In this document: one piece after another, positions 1 through 11,325 of the stretch | Layout of the letters: the number at the start of each line of letters is the position of its first letter | Numbering within the stretch: position 1 is the stretch's first letter | Assembly: GCA_010909165.1 (NCBI GenBank) | Contig: MU008167.1 | Span: 1,178,001-1,242,000 of the forward strand | Source of the DNA: Anthoceros angustus | Taxonomy: Eukaryota > Plantae > Anthocerotophyta | Direction: 5' to 3' | Length of the DNA stretch: 64,000 nucleotides | Notes under the pieces: model-generated | What the model was told of the DNA's origin: nothing | The model's input: the letters and a program-made list of their open reading frames with translations, nothing else | The model's database searches: none | Translations under genes and position numbers: made by a program

Positions 1-824
1 CGGACCTTACATTTTCAGCTTTATCTAAGTTCTTATCCGCTCCTACTCAAGCTCATTGGAAGGCACTAAAGAGGATCTTTTAGGTACTTAAGAGCAACCT
101 CGGTCTGGACTGCTCTACCACTCTCGGATCCAAGAGGACCAACATCTACAACTCGAGGCGTTCGGCGATTGGGCTGGAGACAACGAAAGAGCATAAGCGG
201 CTATGTTTTCTTACTTGGCGGAACGCAACAAGGAGCGACAACACAACAGTTGCACACGCTCAGCGAGTATTGCTCTTTAACCCACGCGTGCAAGGAAGGA
301 CTTTGGCGCTTTATGAGCTAGCCGAACTAGGAGAAATTCAACAAATACCAAGACCTTTGCTGCGACAACGGTGCCATATCGCTAACATACTCCAAGTTCC
401 ATGCTCGAACTAAGCATGTGGAGGTACAATTTCACTTTATAAGACAAGTAGTTAGCGATGGCAAATTCTCCGTGCTTTACGCCCAACCGAGCAGATGACG
501 ACGTGCTCACCAAGGCACTCAGCAAAGTGAAGCACCAGGAACACTCCTTTAACATGGGGCTAAGAAGCATCATATATTCAATAGCTATAGCACCTAAGAG
601 CTAGACGCTAAGTGGGGAGTGTTAACGCATATAGCATACTAGCCCTTAGGGCACGCTTCAGAATATTAAGTTAAGTAGAACTGAACGGGCATACCTAGTA
701 TGAACCGACACGGACAACGAGATAGAACGCTTGGGCAAAGCCCATAATGTAACACGCACATTTGCTCAAGCTTAATGCAATCCACGATGCAGCAATCTCA
801 TGATTGTCTCCATCCATATTCACA
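1..824 (+). mobile_element. Ty1/copia retrotransposon 3' remnant (RT end, RNase H, PPT, probable 3' LTR)
   Basis: 1-580 aligns with the reverse complement of the copia RT/RNase H at 13.6-14.25 kb and is frameshifted. The polypurine tract aagtggggag at 610-619 is followed by TGTT. A probable LTR at 620-824 ends ...ccatattCA, is ~205 bp and shares blocks (tagggcacg.ttca) with the LTRs of the 13.3-21.7 kb element. Confidence 0.85.
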
Positions 825-3211
825 GAAAGTGCGTCTTTTATCAAAGGTATGGGCTCAGAAAGGGTGTGCGCATTATCAAAGTAGGGCAGATATGCTGTTG
901 CAGGAAGGGTGTACATCGTGACAAGAGGGTGCTGCATCTAGGCCAGCTGGACATCCTCAATCCCGACTGAAGTTTACCGTCTTGAGCGCCTCTTGATACA
1001 AGAGTCGGACTAATGGCCTCGTTACCTCTTCTTTCAAAAATCAACGGCTCTCTTCTCTAGTCATCTCTGGTGCTTCTGTGAACATGGCGGCTTGTTCTGT
1101 TGTTTTCTAAGGTGACATGTTCTGCCTAGTGTTCTCAAAAGCTCATGTTCATGCGCAAAGAATAAGATCTTTTCTTCCTTTGATTATTTTAACTATCTTT
1201 TAGTTTGATATTTCCACAGGCCATGCAAGGTCGCATGCTTTTGGCGTCACTGTAGAATGGGGGTTTTTTTTTTTTCTGGTGATCTAGACGCAGGATACGC
1301 TTAGATGATATGAGTCCTATAGAAGAATGAGTGAAGTAATTTTTTACTACAAAAAAAAAGTTTTTGATTCTCTTTAACTGATCTGAGACTGATTTGCCTT
1401 CATTGTCACATTACTGCACCCGTAGGAAAGACGCTTGGGCAATCAAACGTTGCTTAAAGATCTAGCCCAGAAGTTCCCCATGTTGTTTCAGGGGTACAGG
1501 GATCGTGGATCGTGTCTTACTGTAGTGGGGAGCCTCTGCTGGGGCATATTCGTCTCAGACAATAGTGTCTTCGTTGTGCTGTATCATACTCTTGTACCGG
1601 GCTTCTCATAAGAAGAAGAAGAAGAAGAATTTTATTTGAGTCTACTAAGGACGGATTTCCGTCATGGGACTGAAATATGATAACTGCATAGATTGCGGTA
1701 AACTGGTTTGGACTAATGTAAAGATAAAATTTAAGCAAGACAAATAATCTTCAATCAATCAACAATGTCAATGAAATTGCGTGAACGAGGGCCAAACACT
1801 ATCAATTCATCCCCACGAAAGAAAGCCACTTGACCTGCAGCACGAGCTGCTCTTGAAAGCGGGTAACTTCTTCTTCTTAGTCTTCCATTGCAATGGTGTA
1901 AAATCCTCATCGATATATAACTAAGTTGTCCGTAACATAGACCTAACCTTCATAACCTGGAGGCGATCATCCATAGAAAAAAAAAATCATAATCAATATG
2001 CGCTCCCTACCAGGATCCTTTCCAAGCGAAAAGGCTCGAGGAACGACCACATTGACCTCTAGCCTATTGAGAAACTCCTTTGCAGCCACAAGGCTTGGCA
2101 GGAGTGCCACTGTTCAGGCTCTTGAAAACCATCACGAGTCAGGAGTCATGAATTGGGGCCACAAACAGGGAGAAAGATTGTATTCCATTCTTTAAGGGGA
2201 ACAGATAATTGGAAGCTACAGCAGGTGCAGAAATGTAGACAACCTGGTTCCTTCCTTCAAGGGAAACAGATTCCGTGAATTAGTGAAGTAACATTGTGGA
2301 ACTGGCAGCATCAAGGGTTGCCGCCTTCAAGCCATCACAATGCAGTCTTGATAATGGAATTGGTTTGTTAGGCTTAGCTCGTTGTGCTGAGCATTGGACT
2401 CAGTTAAGGGTAACATTTATGCAGGGTTGCCAAGCTGTGACAGTGCAAATTGGCCTGCATGCTGTGCTTACTGTTCAAAGTGAGGCTGTTGGAGAGCTAC
2501 TCCAACATCTGGCGTAGGATGCTCCTTCGCCGTCAGCCTCTGGTGGCAAATAATATCAGGTGACTTTGTCCCTCCTTTCCCAAGTCACCAGCTACGGGGG
2601 GATGGCTCAAAGCCTGCTCATTCAGCTTCAAGCACTTCTACCAAGAAGGAATATGGCTCTAAATCGCAATGGCTCTCCTGAATGGTTGCTTGCTCAGCTC
2701 AGCTTCGCATCTGCTCGAGGATTTGTTTCATTGTTATTCGAAGAGTAGGAGGCAGGCAGATGAGTGTAAGATCCTCAAGTCAGTGATTTTTGTCATTAGC
2801 ATAAACTGGTTTTCTTGCAATAAGTGCTTGATGCTACCTTCCTCACCGAATTCACTGACGGCAGGAATAGGGGCTCCCAATTTCACAGGCCTTCAAGCCT
2901 CCCACACATGGGACTGCATAAATGTGCCACATGTTGTTGTAACTCTCCATGAAACCCTTCCAAAGAAAAGGGCAGATGCAGGCAGCCATATCTTTTGGGG
3001 GAAGCCGCAGGGGAACACCTAGAACTATTTGTTCTGGTAAATCCAGCAATGTGAAGGTCAATCCTGCCTGTAAGCCTTAGCTGGAGCGTAGAGTTAGATC
3101 CATACGACCTGGTCGGTGTTCGTTGGATTGTGGTGCTCCAAGAGGATGCTCTGGACTGGACAACACAAGTGTTGGTGGGACGATGTTGTCCCAGGCCATG
3201 AAATGAGATTC

Positions 3212-4867
3212 CTAGAGAGAATAGATATCATCCACAAGCACATGAATCTTCACGCATCCAGAGTACATAGCAACGCAAGGGAACAGCTCAAACGGAAGAT
3301 CAGAGAATGCAGCGTCCTGCATCTCTACGAAACCGTCATCCACGCCCGATCTTGTGCTGAAGGTACATACTCGATCCGTCATGTTCAAATGCACCGCGAT
3401 CACGCTACCCTGTTCCTCACAGAAAGGGATTCCGCGCAAGGGCAGTGCGGGCTTACTACCACTACTACACAGGGCTTGTACAGCCGAAGTCTCATGACAC
3501 AACTCCCCGCTGCTGCGCAAACCCCATCCCCATGAGGTCTCATAAAACAACGGTCTCTCTTGCATGGGCCTCTTGTCCTTCATCCACAGCGCCTTCCGCT
3601 CATGGAATCCCACAACCAACCCATCACACGGCTCCAGCAAGATGATGGCCCACGACCAAATCCCCCTGGCTCTGTTCATCGGCCTGATGGTAGACGACGC
3701 CAGATGCGTCTTCTCCCCCCTCTGATCTCTCCAATTCAATTTCACACGAAGCACAGACCTGTCCTCCAGAACTTCCAGCTCCGGGCTCATGCATTTCTCA
3801 TCCCATGAAATCACGGCCGCCCTGTCCCCGGCATTCCACTCCGCTTGCCACCGATCATTGGCCACACCCACGCGCTCCCAGACATCCGGACACGCTTCCA
3901 GCAACGGCATCAGCAGCGTCAGCAGCAGCGTGGCATGGATGAGATCGAACCTGACCACGTCCCAGCCTTGCTCGCATCCAAATGCCAATTTCTCCACCCA
4001 GAGTTCCATGGAGGACACCGATTCCGGGTCGGGCATGAAGTTCCACATGTTGCCGCCCGTGTTGGGTTCCAGAAGCTGCGGCCACATCGATGGGAGCCTG
4101 TCTTCATCCGCCAGGCAGGCCATCATCTGCAGACCCACTTCCGAATCCATGCACCCCGACTTGCACATTGCCCAGATGAGCACATGCCGCAGCCGCAGGT
4201 ACTCCATGACGGAGTAGGCTCCTTCTCCGCTCTCAGTCCGGGTCCATGCCAGATAGACCTGGAAAGCTCTCACCGACATAGCCTGCAGATGCTGGACCTC
4301 CAACGGCCCAGCACGCATCACCATGCACATTTCCTGGATCAGCCTATGCAGCATCACATCCCTCCATGCCTCCGTGTCTGTACCTTGGCCCGGTAGCATG
4401 TTCACGTGGACTCGGAGGCACTTCAATATGTCGGCCTTCTTCAGAGAGCCCACAAGCTCACAGAAACAACTCACCGTCATCTGTAGATGCTGCACCTCCA
4501 CCTGCTCGTGCCTGTAGATGCAGAACACCTCGATCAGGGTGGAGAGCAGCTCTTTCTCCCCATCTGGCAAACCCAGAAACCGGCATATGTATAGCAGGCG
4601 GATGGCACGCCGATGTCTCATGCGCGTTTGGTCGTAATCTGGAACCTCCGTCTGGGAGTAATCACTCACTATGAGCCCACACTCGCACCTGATCCCGTGT
4701 ATCTTTTCGGACAAGGAGTCATCCAGGATTTTGCACTTTTCATAGCAGATTGTTGCCACACGGAATATCACCTCGCAGTGCCTGCAAAGATGCTTGACCT
4801 CGGGCATTTTCTCATCATCAGCCCCATCGCCAGGCGATACATCATCCTGTGGATTTTCTGCCTGCAT
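3212..4867 (-). CDS. 551-aa single-exon protein with an unknown helical N-terminal region and a C-terminal SPRY/B30.2-like domain
   Basis: Uninterrupted 551-codon ORF. The C-terminal ~200 aa carry SPRY-type motifs: WDEKCMSPELEVLED, WSWAIILLEPCDGLVVGF, GWGLRSSGELCH, GSVIAVHLNMTDRVCTFS and FSDLPFELFPCVAMY. Assigned by motif only. Confidence 0.75.
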   Translation of the reverse strand: MQAENPQDDVSPGDGADDEKMPEVKHLCRHCEVIFRVATICYEKCKILDDSLSEKIHGIRCECGLIVSDYSQTEVPDYDQTRMRHRRAIRLLYICRFLGLPDGEKELLSTLIEVFCIYRHEQVEVQHLQMTVSCFCELVGSLKKADILKCLRVHVNMLPGQGTDTEAWRDVMLHRLIQEMCMVMRAGPLEVQHLQAMSVRAFQVYLAWTRTESGEGAYSVMEYLRLRHVLIWAMCKSGCMDSEVGLQMMACLADEDRLPSMWPQLLEPNTGGNMWNFMPDPESVSSMELWVEKLAFGCEQGWDVVRFDLIHATLLLTLLMPLLEACPDVWERVGVANDRWQAEWNAGDRAAVISWDEKCMSPELEVLEDRSVLRVKLNWRDQRGEKTHLASSTIRPMNRARGIWSWAIILLEPCDGLVVGFHERKALWMKDKRPMQERPLFYETSWGWGLRSSGELCHETSAVQALCSSGSKPALPLRGIPFCEEQGSVIAVHLNMTDRVCTFSTRSGVDDGFVEMQDAAFSDLPFELFPCVAMYSGCVKIHVLVDDIYSL

Positions 4868-5539
4868 TTTCAGAGGTTCCCCCAGGCTCTAGGATCAAAG
4901 TCTTCTGGCACATGAACTGCCACCGTTTCCGCGACAGGCAGCTCCGCCAGGTTTCAAACATGGTATGTACGGAGCTAAGACATATATGTTTCCTTTCTAA
5001 GAAGTCCCTTTAGACCTTTGAACGCCATGCGATAGGCGTTACCTATTACCTATGTATATGTGACAAATTATTCTTTCACTTCCTCAAATCTATTAGTTCC
5101 TCTAGTGACCATGTCGTCTGGGAATTTATAATTTCGAAGATTTATAATAAAATATAAATTAATATTTTTAATTGAATGATACTTTTTAATGTTTTTAAGG
5201 ATTGGGAAGGGGTACGCCAAACAAATGTATCTTTGGAGGTTTATTCTTTAGGATGATATGGAGAGAGAAGAAAGAGAGGGAGAAAAAGTAATGTGAAAAT
5301 TTAAGCCCACAGTTTTATATCTATGTGGGTTGAGAGACCTTTAACAAGGTGCTTTCAAGAGTTTTAAGAGTTTTATAAGTTAACAAGTGTATTTTCAAGA
5401 GTTTCAAGAGTTTTCTAACTGTTCAGTTCTCTTTCCCTCTTGTCACTGACGGCTCATCCTTTACACTGAAGGCGGTATGGAATGCAAAAGTTTGGTCAAC
5501 CTCGATTGTTCGACATTGTCCACACGTTTTTACAAGAAC

Positions 5540-5998
5540 TGCGATTTTGGATCTTTTGGTAACCACCTTGGCTTTTTGAAGGGAATCCTTGGAAATCTAA
5601 AGGGCACGTGGTATCACAGGATCAGCGGGTTTGGAATCTTGTACTTAGGGGTTCTAGATGGAAATAGTGAACAGTTTGCAATCTTTTGGTAACCACCTTG
5701 GCTTTCTAAAGGGAATTCTTGGAAATCTAAAGGGCAAGTGGTATCACAGGATCTTGCTTTTGCCTTGATCAAGCATAATTCAGTGGGTTTGGAAGCTTGT
5801 ACTTAGGGGTTCTAGATGGAAATAGTGAACAGTTTGCGATTTTGGATCTTTTGGTAACCACCTTGGCTTTCTGAAGAGAATTCTTGGAAATCTAAAGGGC
5901 AAGTGGTATCATAGGATCTTGCTTTTGCCTTGATCAAGCATAATTCAATGGGTTTAGAAGCCTGTACTTAGGGGTTCTAGATGGAAATAGTGAACAGT
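5540..5998. repeat. Tandem repeat, 3 copies of ~140-160 bp
   Basis: Recurring ttttggtaaccaccttggcttt...ggaaatctaaagggca.gtggtatca.aggatc...tgtacttaggggttctagatggaaatagtgaacag. Confidence 0.9.
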
Positions 5999-6481
5999 CA
6001 TGCATGCGGAAAGTGACAGAGCTCTACACACCATGGCGGAGTATGTGCAACATGTGGTGTTGCTAAGCCAAAGTTGAATAGGTGCCGAGAGAGGGTTTTG
6101 CCTACTGGAGAGAGGGTTTTGTGGCTCCTCTTCATGCTTGGCAGCCAAGTGCAGTTGTGTGGTGATAGGTTTTGGAGTTATCTATTAAAGAGTTTGAATC
6201 AATTCGATCTCTAGTAGGTCCTCGTAAACTTAATTTCCTAAAACTGTGGCCTTAGGGCAGCATGGTCTTCTAGTGTGTTGCTATGTACCAGGTTAATGCA
6301 ACATGATTTTTTGGTGTGTTGCACGGTCTTGTGTTCAGGCACAATCGTATAAAATACTCAAACTTTACTTTTAAGAAGCAGTCTACAAATTTTGAGATCC
6401 AAAAATTTTCGTATATAATTCAGGATTGGACCGTAACTAGGAGCAAATAGTAGACATGCCATCTAGGTTTATGCTGTTGAA

Positions 6482-6508
6482 ATATATATATATATATATA
6501 TATATATA
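6482..6508. repeat. (TA)n microsatellite
   Basis: Directly visible. A second (TA)n lies at ~38786-38808. Confidence 0.95.
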
Positions 6509-7077
6509 TCATATTTATTATATGCATTTGCAGTGACGAAGCTGCTCATGCCGTGATTAAGTGCGAGATTCTCTCCTATAACTTGATTAAAAATAATACA
6601 TCTTCTCATAAGTTGAAAATTATTGCACAATTGGAATCCCAAGTGAATTTAATATCGTCAATAGCTTTTTTCTAATAAGCTAAACCTATGAACAAAATGA
6701 GGTATGCACATAAACTCTCTAAACTCAAGGTCTAATTGGTTATACGACTTCCACCAATTAGTAGAATGTTTTCAACAATTTTTTATATTTATGGTTTCGT
6801 ATTCAACAATTCTCTAGATCTTTGTAATTTTTATTCAATAAATTTATACATTTATGGTTTCACATGAAGTTCAAAGATACATATGGAAATCTTTCATCAT
6901 CCACATGGTCTCATACAAGAAAATCAAAATGCTTTTAAAATAAATGGGGTATATAAATGTCTTAGCAGCTATGAGACAGTCTAGTGACTAGCGTAGCTAA
7001 GAATATTTGTGATTGCAACCAAGAAGAGAAGAAACTTGAAGGCTTTCACTATTGTTAAGTAGCGCTGGGTAAAGTGC

Positions 7078-7617
7078 CATGCCATAACACATGCACCCAC
7101 TTCGCCCATGCCATAACACATGCCATAATACATGCATCCACTTTACCCATGCCATAATACATGCATCCACTCTACCCATGCCATAACACATGCAATAACA
7201 CATGCATCCACTTTACCCATGCCATAACACATGCCATAACACATGCCATAACACATGCCATAACACATGCATCCACTCTACCCATGCCATAACACATGCC
7301 ATAACTCATGCATCCACTTTATCCATGCCATAGCACATGCTATAACACATGCATCCACTCTACCCATGCCATAACACATGCCATAATACATGCATCCACT
7401 TTACCCATGTCATAACACATGCCATAACACATGCATCCACTCTACCCATGCCACAACACATGCACCCATTGTACGCATGCCATAATCCATGCCATAACAC
7501 ATGCACCCACTTTACCCATGCCATAACCCAAGCCATAACACATGCACCCACTTTACCCATGCCATAACCCAAGCCATAACACATGCACCCACTTTACCCA
7601 TGCCATAACACATGCAC
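7078..7617. repeat. Compound minisatellite built from ccataacacatg and ca(t/c)ccact(t/c)tacccatg subunits
   Basis: About 540 bp of interleaved ~12-bp and ~17-bp subunits, rich in CATG/CATGCA, ending ~690 bp upstream of the RLK start codon. Confidence 0.95.
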
Positions 7618-8308
7618 CCCGAGTCTATCCACCGAAACCACAAAGTGTGAAGCTCCACAGACTCACGAGGAATTTTTTCTCATGCTCCAGAACTTGCGCC
7701 GTTCCCAGTGCTTGCACTGCCACACCTGTGTGCTGCTCACAGGCTGGATCCTGCGAGTACACCATTTAGCACGGTACAGACTGTCGGTGCAGCACCTTCG
7801 GCTCATTTTACGGCAAGATATGTACATAGTCGGTAAGCCTTTAGATATCAGAGTGGAGTCCAGGAAGCACGGTGTGACAGCACCGCAGACACGATGGAAC
7901 TGGTACCTACCTACAGTTTACGGGCAGTAGCTTGTAAAGCGTGTTACGCATGAGCAGTGGCCAGTCCTTCTCACTCACTCGTACTGGTCTATTCTCTCTT
8001 TCCATCAAGATAGTGCACATAGTTCTAATACTCCGTTGGATTGTGGGCTTGGCGGCTTGATTCTGCTGTTGCTTATCCTTTGAAGACGGTGCTCAATCTG
8101 ATCAGTGGTCCTCTTAGACCCGCTGGCTGTGTAGGCCCCCATAGCAATTGATGGTATGTACCGGCAGCCACTTAGACGTGTGGAAGTCTCTGGCCGTTGG
8201 CCTTCGATCAGAACCTTCCCTACTGGATGTCTGCAGGATGCACCAGGCCTCAAGGCTGTAACTGCTCAATGCATTCTGGGATCCTGAGACTGCCAATTTT
8301 CATCCAGA

Positions 8309-10794
8309 ATGAAGTGTGTATGTTGGGTTATTCTGGTCTTGGCATACCAGATTATCCCACGGCCTTGGAGAATCGATGCACAGGATGTTCCGGTTCCCAC
8401 CTGCTACACTCGAGGAGCCAGGAATGCGACTTTAGATTTCTACTGGATCGCAAAAGAGGGAACCGAAGACGCCGAGTCCTACTGGGCGCCCCGTCTCCAG
8501 CTGGGTTCAGGGCCGAAAAACAACTCTCTTGTGGCTGACGACGGCTCTTTAATTGCGATGGTAGACACAGCCACAGACAGCAGGTGCCTGGACTTGGGTA
8601 CTTGCCTTCTTGATAATGGGCAACTCATCAACCTTGGCCTCACCGCTAGCACCTTCCGGATTCTGGACAAGAGAATTTTCCCATTCGGCATTGGCTCCAG
8701 AAGCAATCCTCTTGTGCCATTCGTTAGTGTGGGTAATCAGTTGCCGTTCCATACGACTCTGTGTATCAAGGAGCTGGAGAACTGGAAGCTTCCCAACAAC
8801 AAGACACATAATGGATGCGTTCGTGTAGACGACTCCAGTGGAACAGACTTGTCTGAAGCATGTCATGTCACGTTTTTTGTGCTGAAGTTTGCTTTCTTTG
8901 ATCGGATGCTGGGTGCTAACCTCCCGACAAACGTCACTGCAAGTATCTGTAGTTGCAAGATCCTGGACTACACAACCCAAGACATGTATGCGTTTGTGGA
9001 TGGTAAACTTGAAACTTATACCTTTTGCGGGCACAACCTGTTTGAGTTTGGAGAAAAGAATTTAAGGAACAGTTGTCTGTGACGGGGATCATGATTTTTG
9101 GTTGTGTGCACGTTCTTGTCTTGCAGTGAGTCCACCATCAGCTAGATCGAAAGGATCACCACACGTGATGGTGTGGGTGGGCGTTGCATTTGGTGTTCTA
9201 CTTTTGCTGGCTATGGGCTTCGTCGGATTCTATTGCCTGAAGAAGAAGTGTTGTCACGAGCAGATGGAGCACCTCTCATTGATTTCACGCCGCAGAGATG
9301 TAGAAGGTGAAAGATGAGAAGGATCTTACTTACGATCTTGAGTAACAAGAATACTTGTGCCAGTCGAATTCATCTCCAAATGGCTAACTGGCAGGAGGAT
9401 GCGTCCGTTTCCTCAGCTTACAAAGACATCGGAGCCGGCCTCCAAATGTTCTCCCTCAGCTTTATAAAGTCAGCCACAGCGAGATTTAGTGTTCGAAACA
9501 AGCTAGGCGAAGGAGGCTTTGGAGTTGTATACAAGGTGCGTAAAGTGTTCAACCTGCAGCAATGACATTGGGCTCAGGCAGCATTCCTGACAACATGTAG
9601 TGGTTGTCCTCCTACTTGGCAGGGAGTTCTGCCGGATGGGACAGAAGTGGCAGTGAAGCAAATGGCAAAAACCGGTTCCTCAAGGCAAGGAACACCCGAG
9701 TTTATGAATGAGGTGGCTCTAATCGGACAGTCACAGCATGAGAACTTGGTGAAGCTTTATGGGTACTGTCTAGAAGGTGAAGAGAGGCTGTTGGTGTACG
9801 AATTCATGGAAAAGGGCAATCTCCACCAAGCACTTTTTGGTATACATAAAAGTTATAGCTTCATTCACCGAGAAGTCGTGCAGCTGTACCTTCCCTTAGG
9901 CATGATAAGCTGAGATTTTCTTGCACCTGTAGGGAAAGACCGGCATCCGCTCTCTTGGAAGGCTCGGTACAACATCATTCTGGGAACTGCCAAAGGTCTG
10001 GCATACCTTCATCACAGCCAGAGACGGATAGTCCATCGTGATATCAAGGCCAGCAATGTGCTCCTAGACAAATATCTGCAGCCAAAAATATCTGATTTCG
10101 GTCTGGCCAAGTTCTTTGTGGAAGAGAAGAGTCATGTCAGTACTAGGGTTGCCGGCACCATGTAAGCTGCATCACTCTCAAGCATCATATGGTTACTGAA
10201 CTGGATCTGGAAAGGTCCCTTCTGACCACTTGGTGTTGGTTGATGCCATGTGCATTCAGGGGCTACCTTGCACCTGAATACGCCTTGACGGGGCAGCTCA
10301 CAGAAAAAGCAGATATCTTCAGCTTTGGAGTGCTAGTTCTGGAAGTTGTTAGTGGTCGAAGAAACATGGATTACAGAGACGCCAGAGCACCAGTGTTTCT
10401 GCTCGAATGGGTATACGTCCAGCTACAACCCAGGACCCATACATAATGCAATCAACATTCATTCCGTTGCGAAACACTAACATGTCAAGACCTGAATCTG
10501 TAGGCTTGGGACAGGTATGACGGAGGTAAACTACAGGACATCCTTGACCCCAAGATAAAGGAGGACCCTGAAGCTGTACCCGACGAAGTGTTCAAGTTGG
10601 TGCATATTGCTCTTCTTTGTGCCCAAGGGACACCCCAGAGGCGGCCCAGCATCAAAGATGTCATTTTTATGTTGGAGGGCAACACTGAGTGTACCTCAGC
10701 GCCATCCAGGCCAGAATTTCTGAGGAACACTTCTGCTATCCTACAGTCAAGTAGTTTTGTAGAAGATTGGCAGTTTTTGCAACCTCGTGAATAG
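8309..10794 (+). CDS. Receptor-like kinase: signal peptide + 3D/MltA-like ectodomain + TM + RD Ser/Thr kinase (LRR-VIII/DUF26-group kinase), 7 exons, 631 aa
   Basis: Exons 8309-9002, 9127-9299, 9395-9535, 9623-9839, 9933-10161, 10260-10410 and 10504-10794. All introns are GT..AG, phases are consistent and there is no internal stop; the intron-2 donor is the least certain. N-terminus [16 protein letters not shown]; [27 protein letters not shown] followed by KKK. Kinase motifs are intact: [58 protein letters not shown] and [20 protein letters not shown]. Confidence 0.92.
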
Positions 10795-11267
10795 GTATAG
10801 AGCGGAGTGCTAGACGGGTAAATCCTTGTCATAGTTCTTCAAAATCGACAGTCCTACAAGGTGCTGGATATGGTAAGCACATCCTTCACTGTAAACTTCA
10901 ACGGTCTCCATACACTTGCTTTTGCCAAAATGCAGAATACTTGAGATAACGTAGCAACTTCAAGTCTTGACTTGTATGCGATTCCTGCCGGCGATGAAAA
11001 GACAGGTTGATAAGTTTTGGTTGTTCCATCCAGACCTGGGTCATCGCAAGCTCTTCACACTGTTGGTGTCTTGTTCTCTATTCATTGTCTGGACCGCTGA
11101 AATGGTATGCACCAACATCCGGAACTCATGATTTCTTCTGTTCAAGTCGTAATGCCTACTAGGTTCTAGGAGCTTCAAGCAACACTAGGTTTCCAAGTCT
11201 GAAAAATTCTCCTGTAAAGAATTTATGTTGAAGTGTTCACTTCACATGCTGTATAATGTACTTCCAC

Positions 11268-11325
11268 GAAAGAAATCCATGTGGCAGCCGCCAAACTGTC
11301 GGCAATCATCCACCCGACTGCAAAA
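11268..11325 (-). pseudogene. Short antisense-oriented fragment of a 3D-like domain gene
   Basis: The minus strand reads CSRVDDCRQFGGCHMDFF, matching CVRVDDRGYFDECHIDFF of the 58.2-58.9 kb gene. It shares cgggtggatgat with the 12.04 kb copy. Flanking sequence shows no clear homology. Confidence 0.55.

Noticed and set aside
5000-7000. Helitron or MITE spanning the AT-rich region and 150-bp repeats
   Set aside because: No convincing TC/CTRR-hairpin ends, TIRs or TSD could be identified.
6997-7930. His/Cys/Met-rich ORFs as metal-binding peptides
   Set aside because: They are translations of the CATG minisatellite and appear on both strands.
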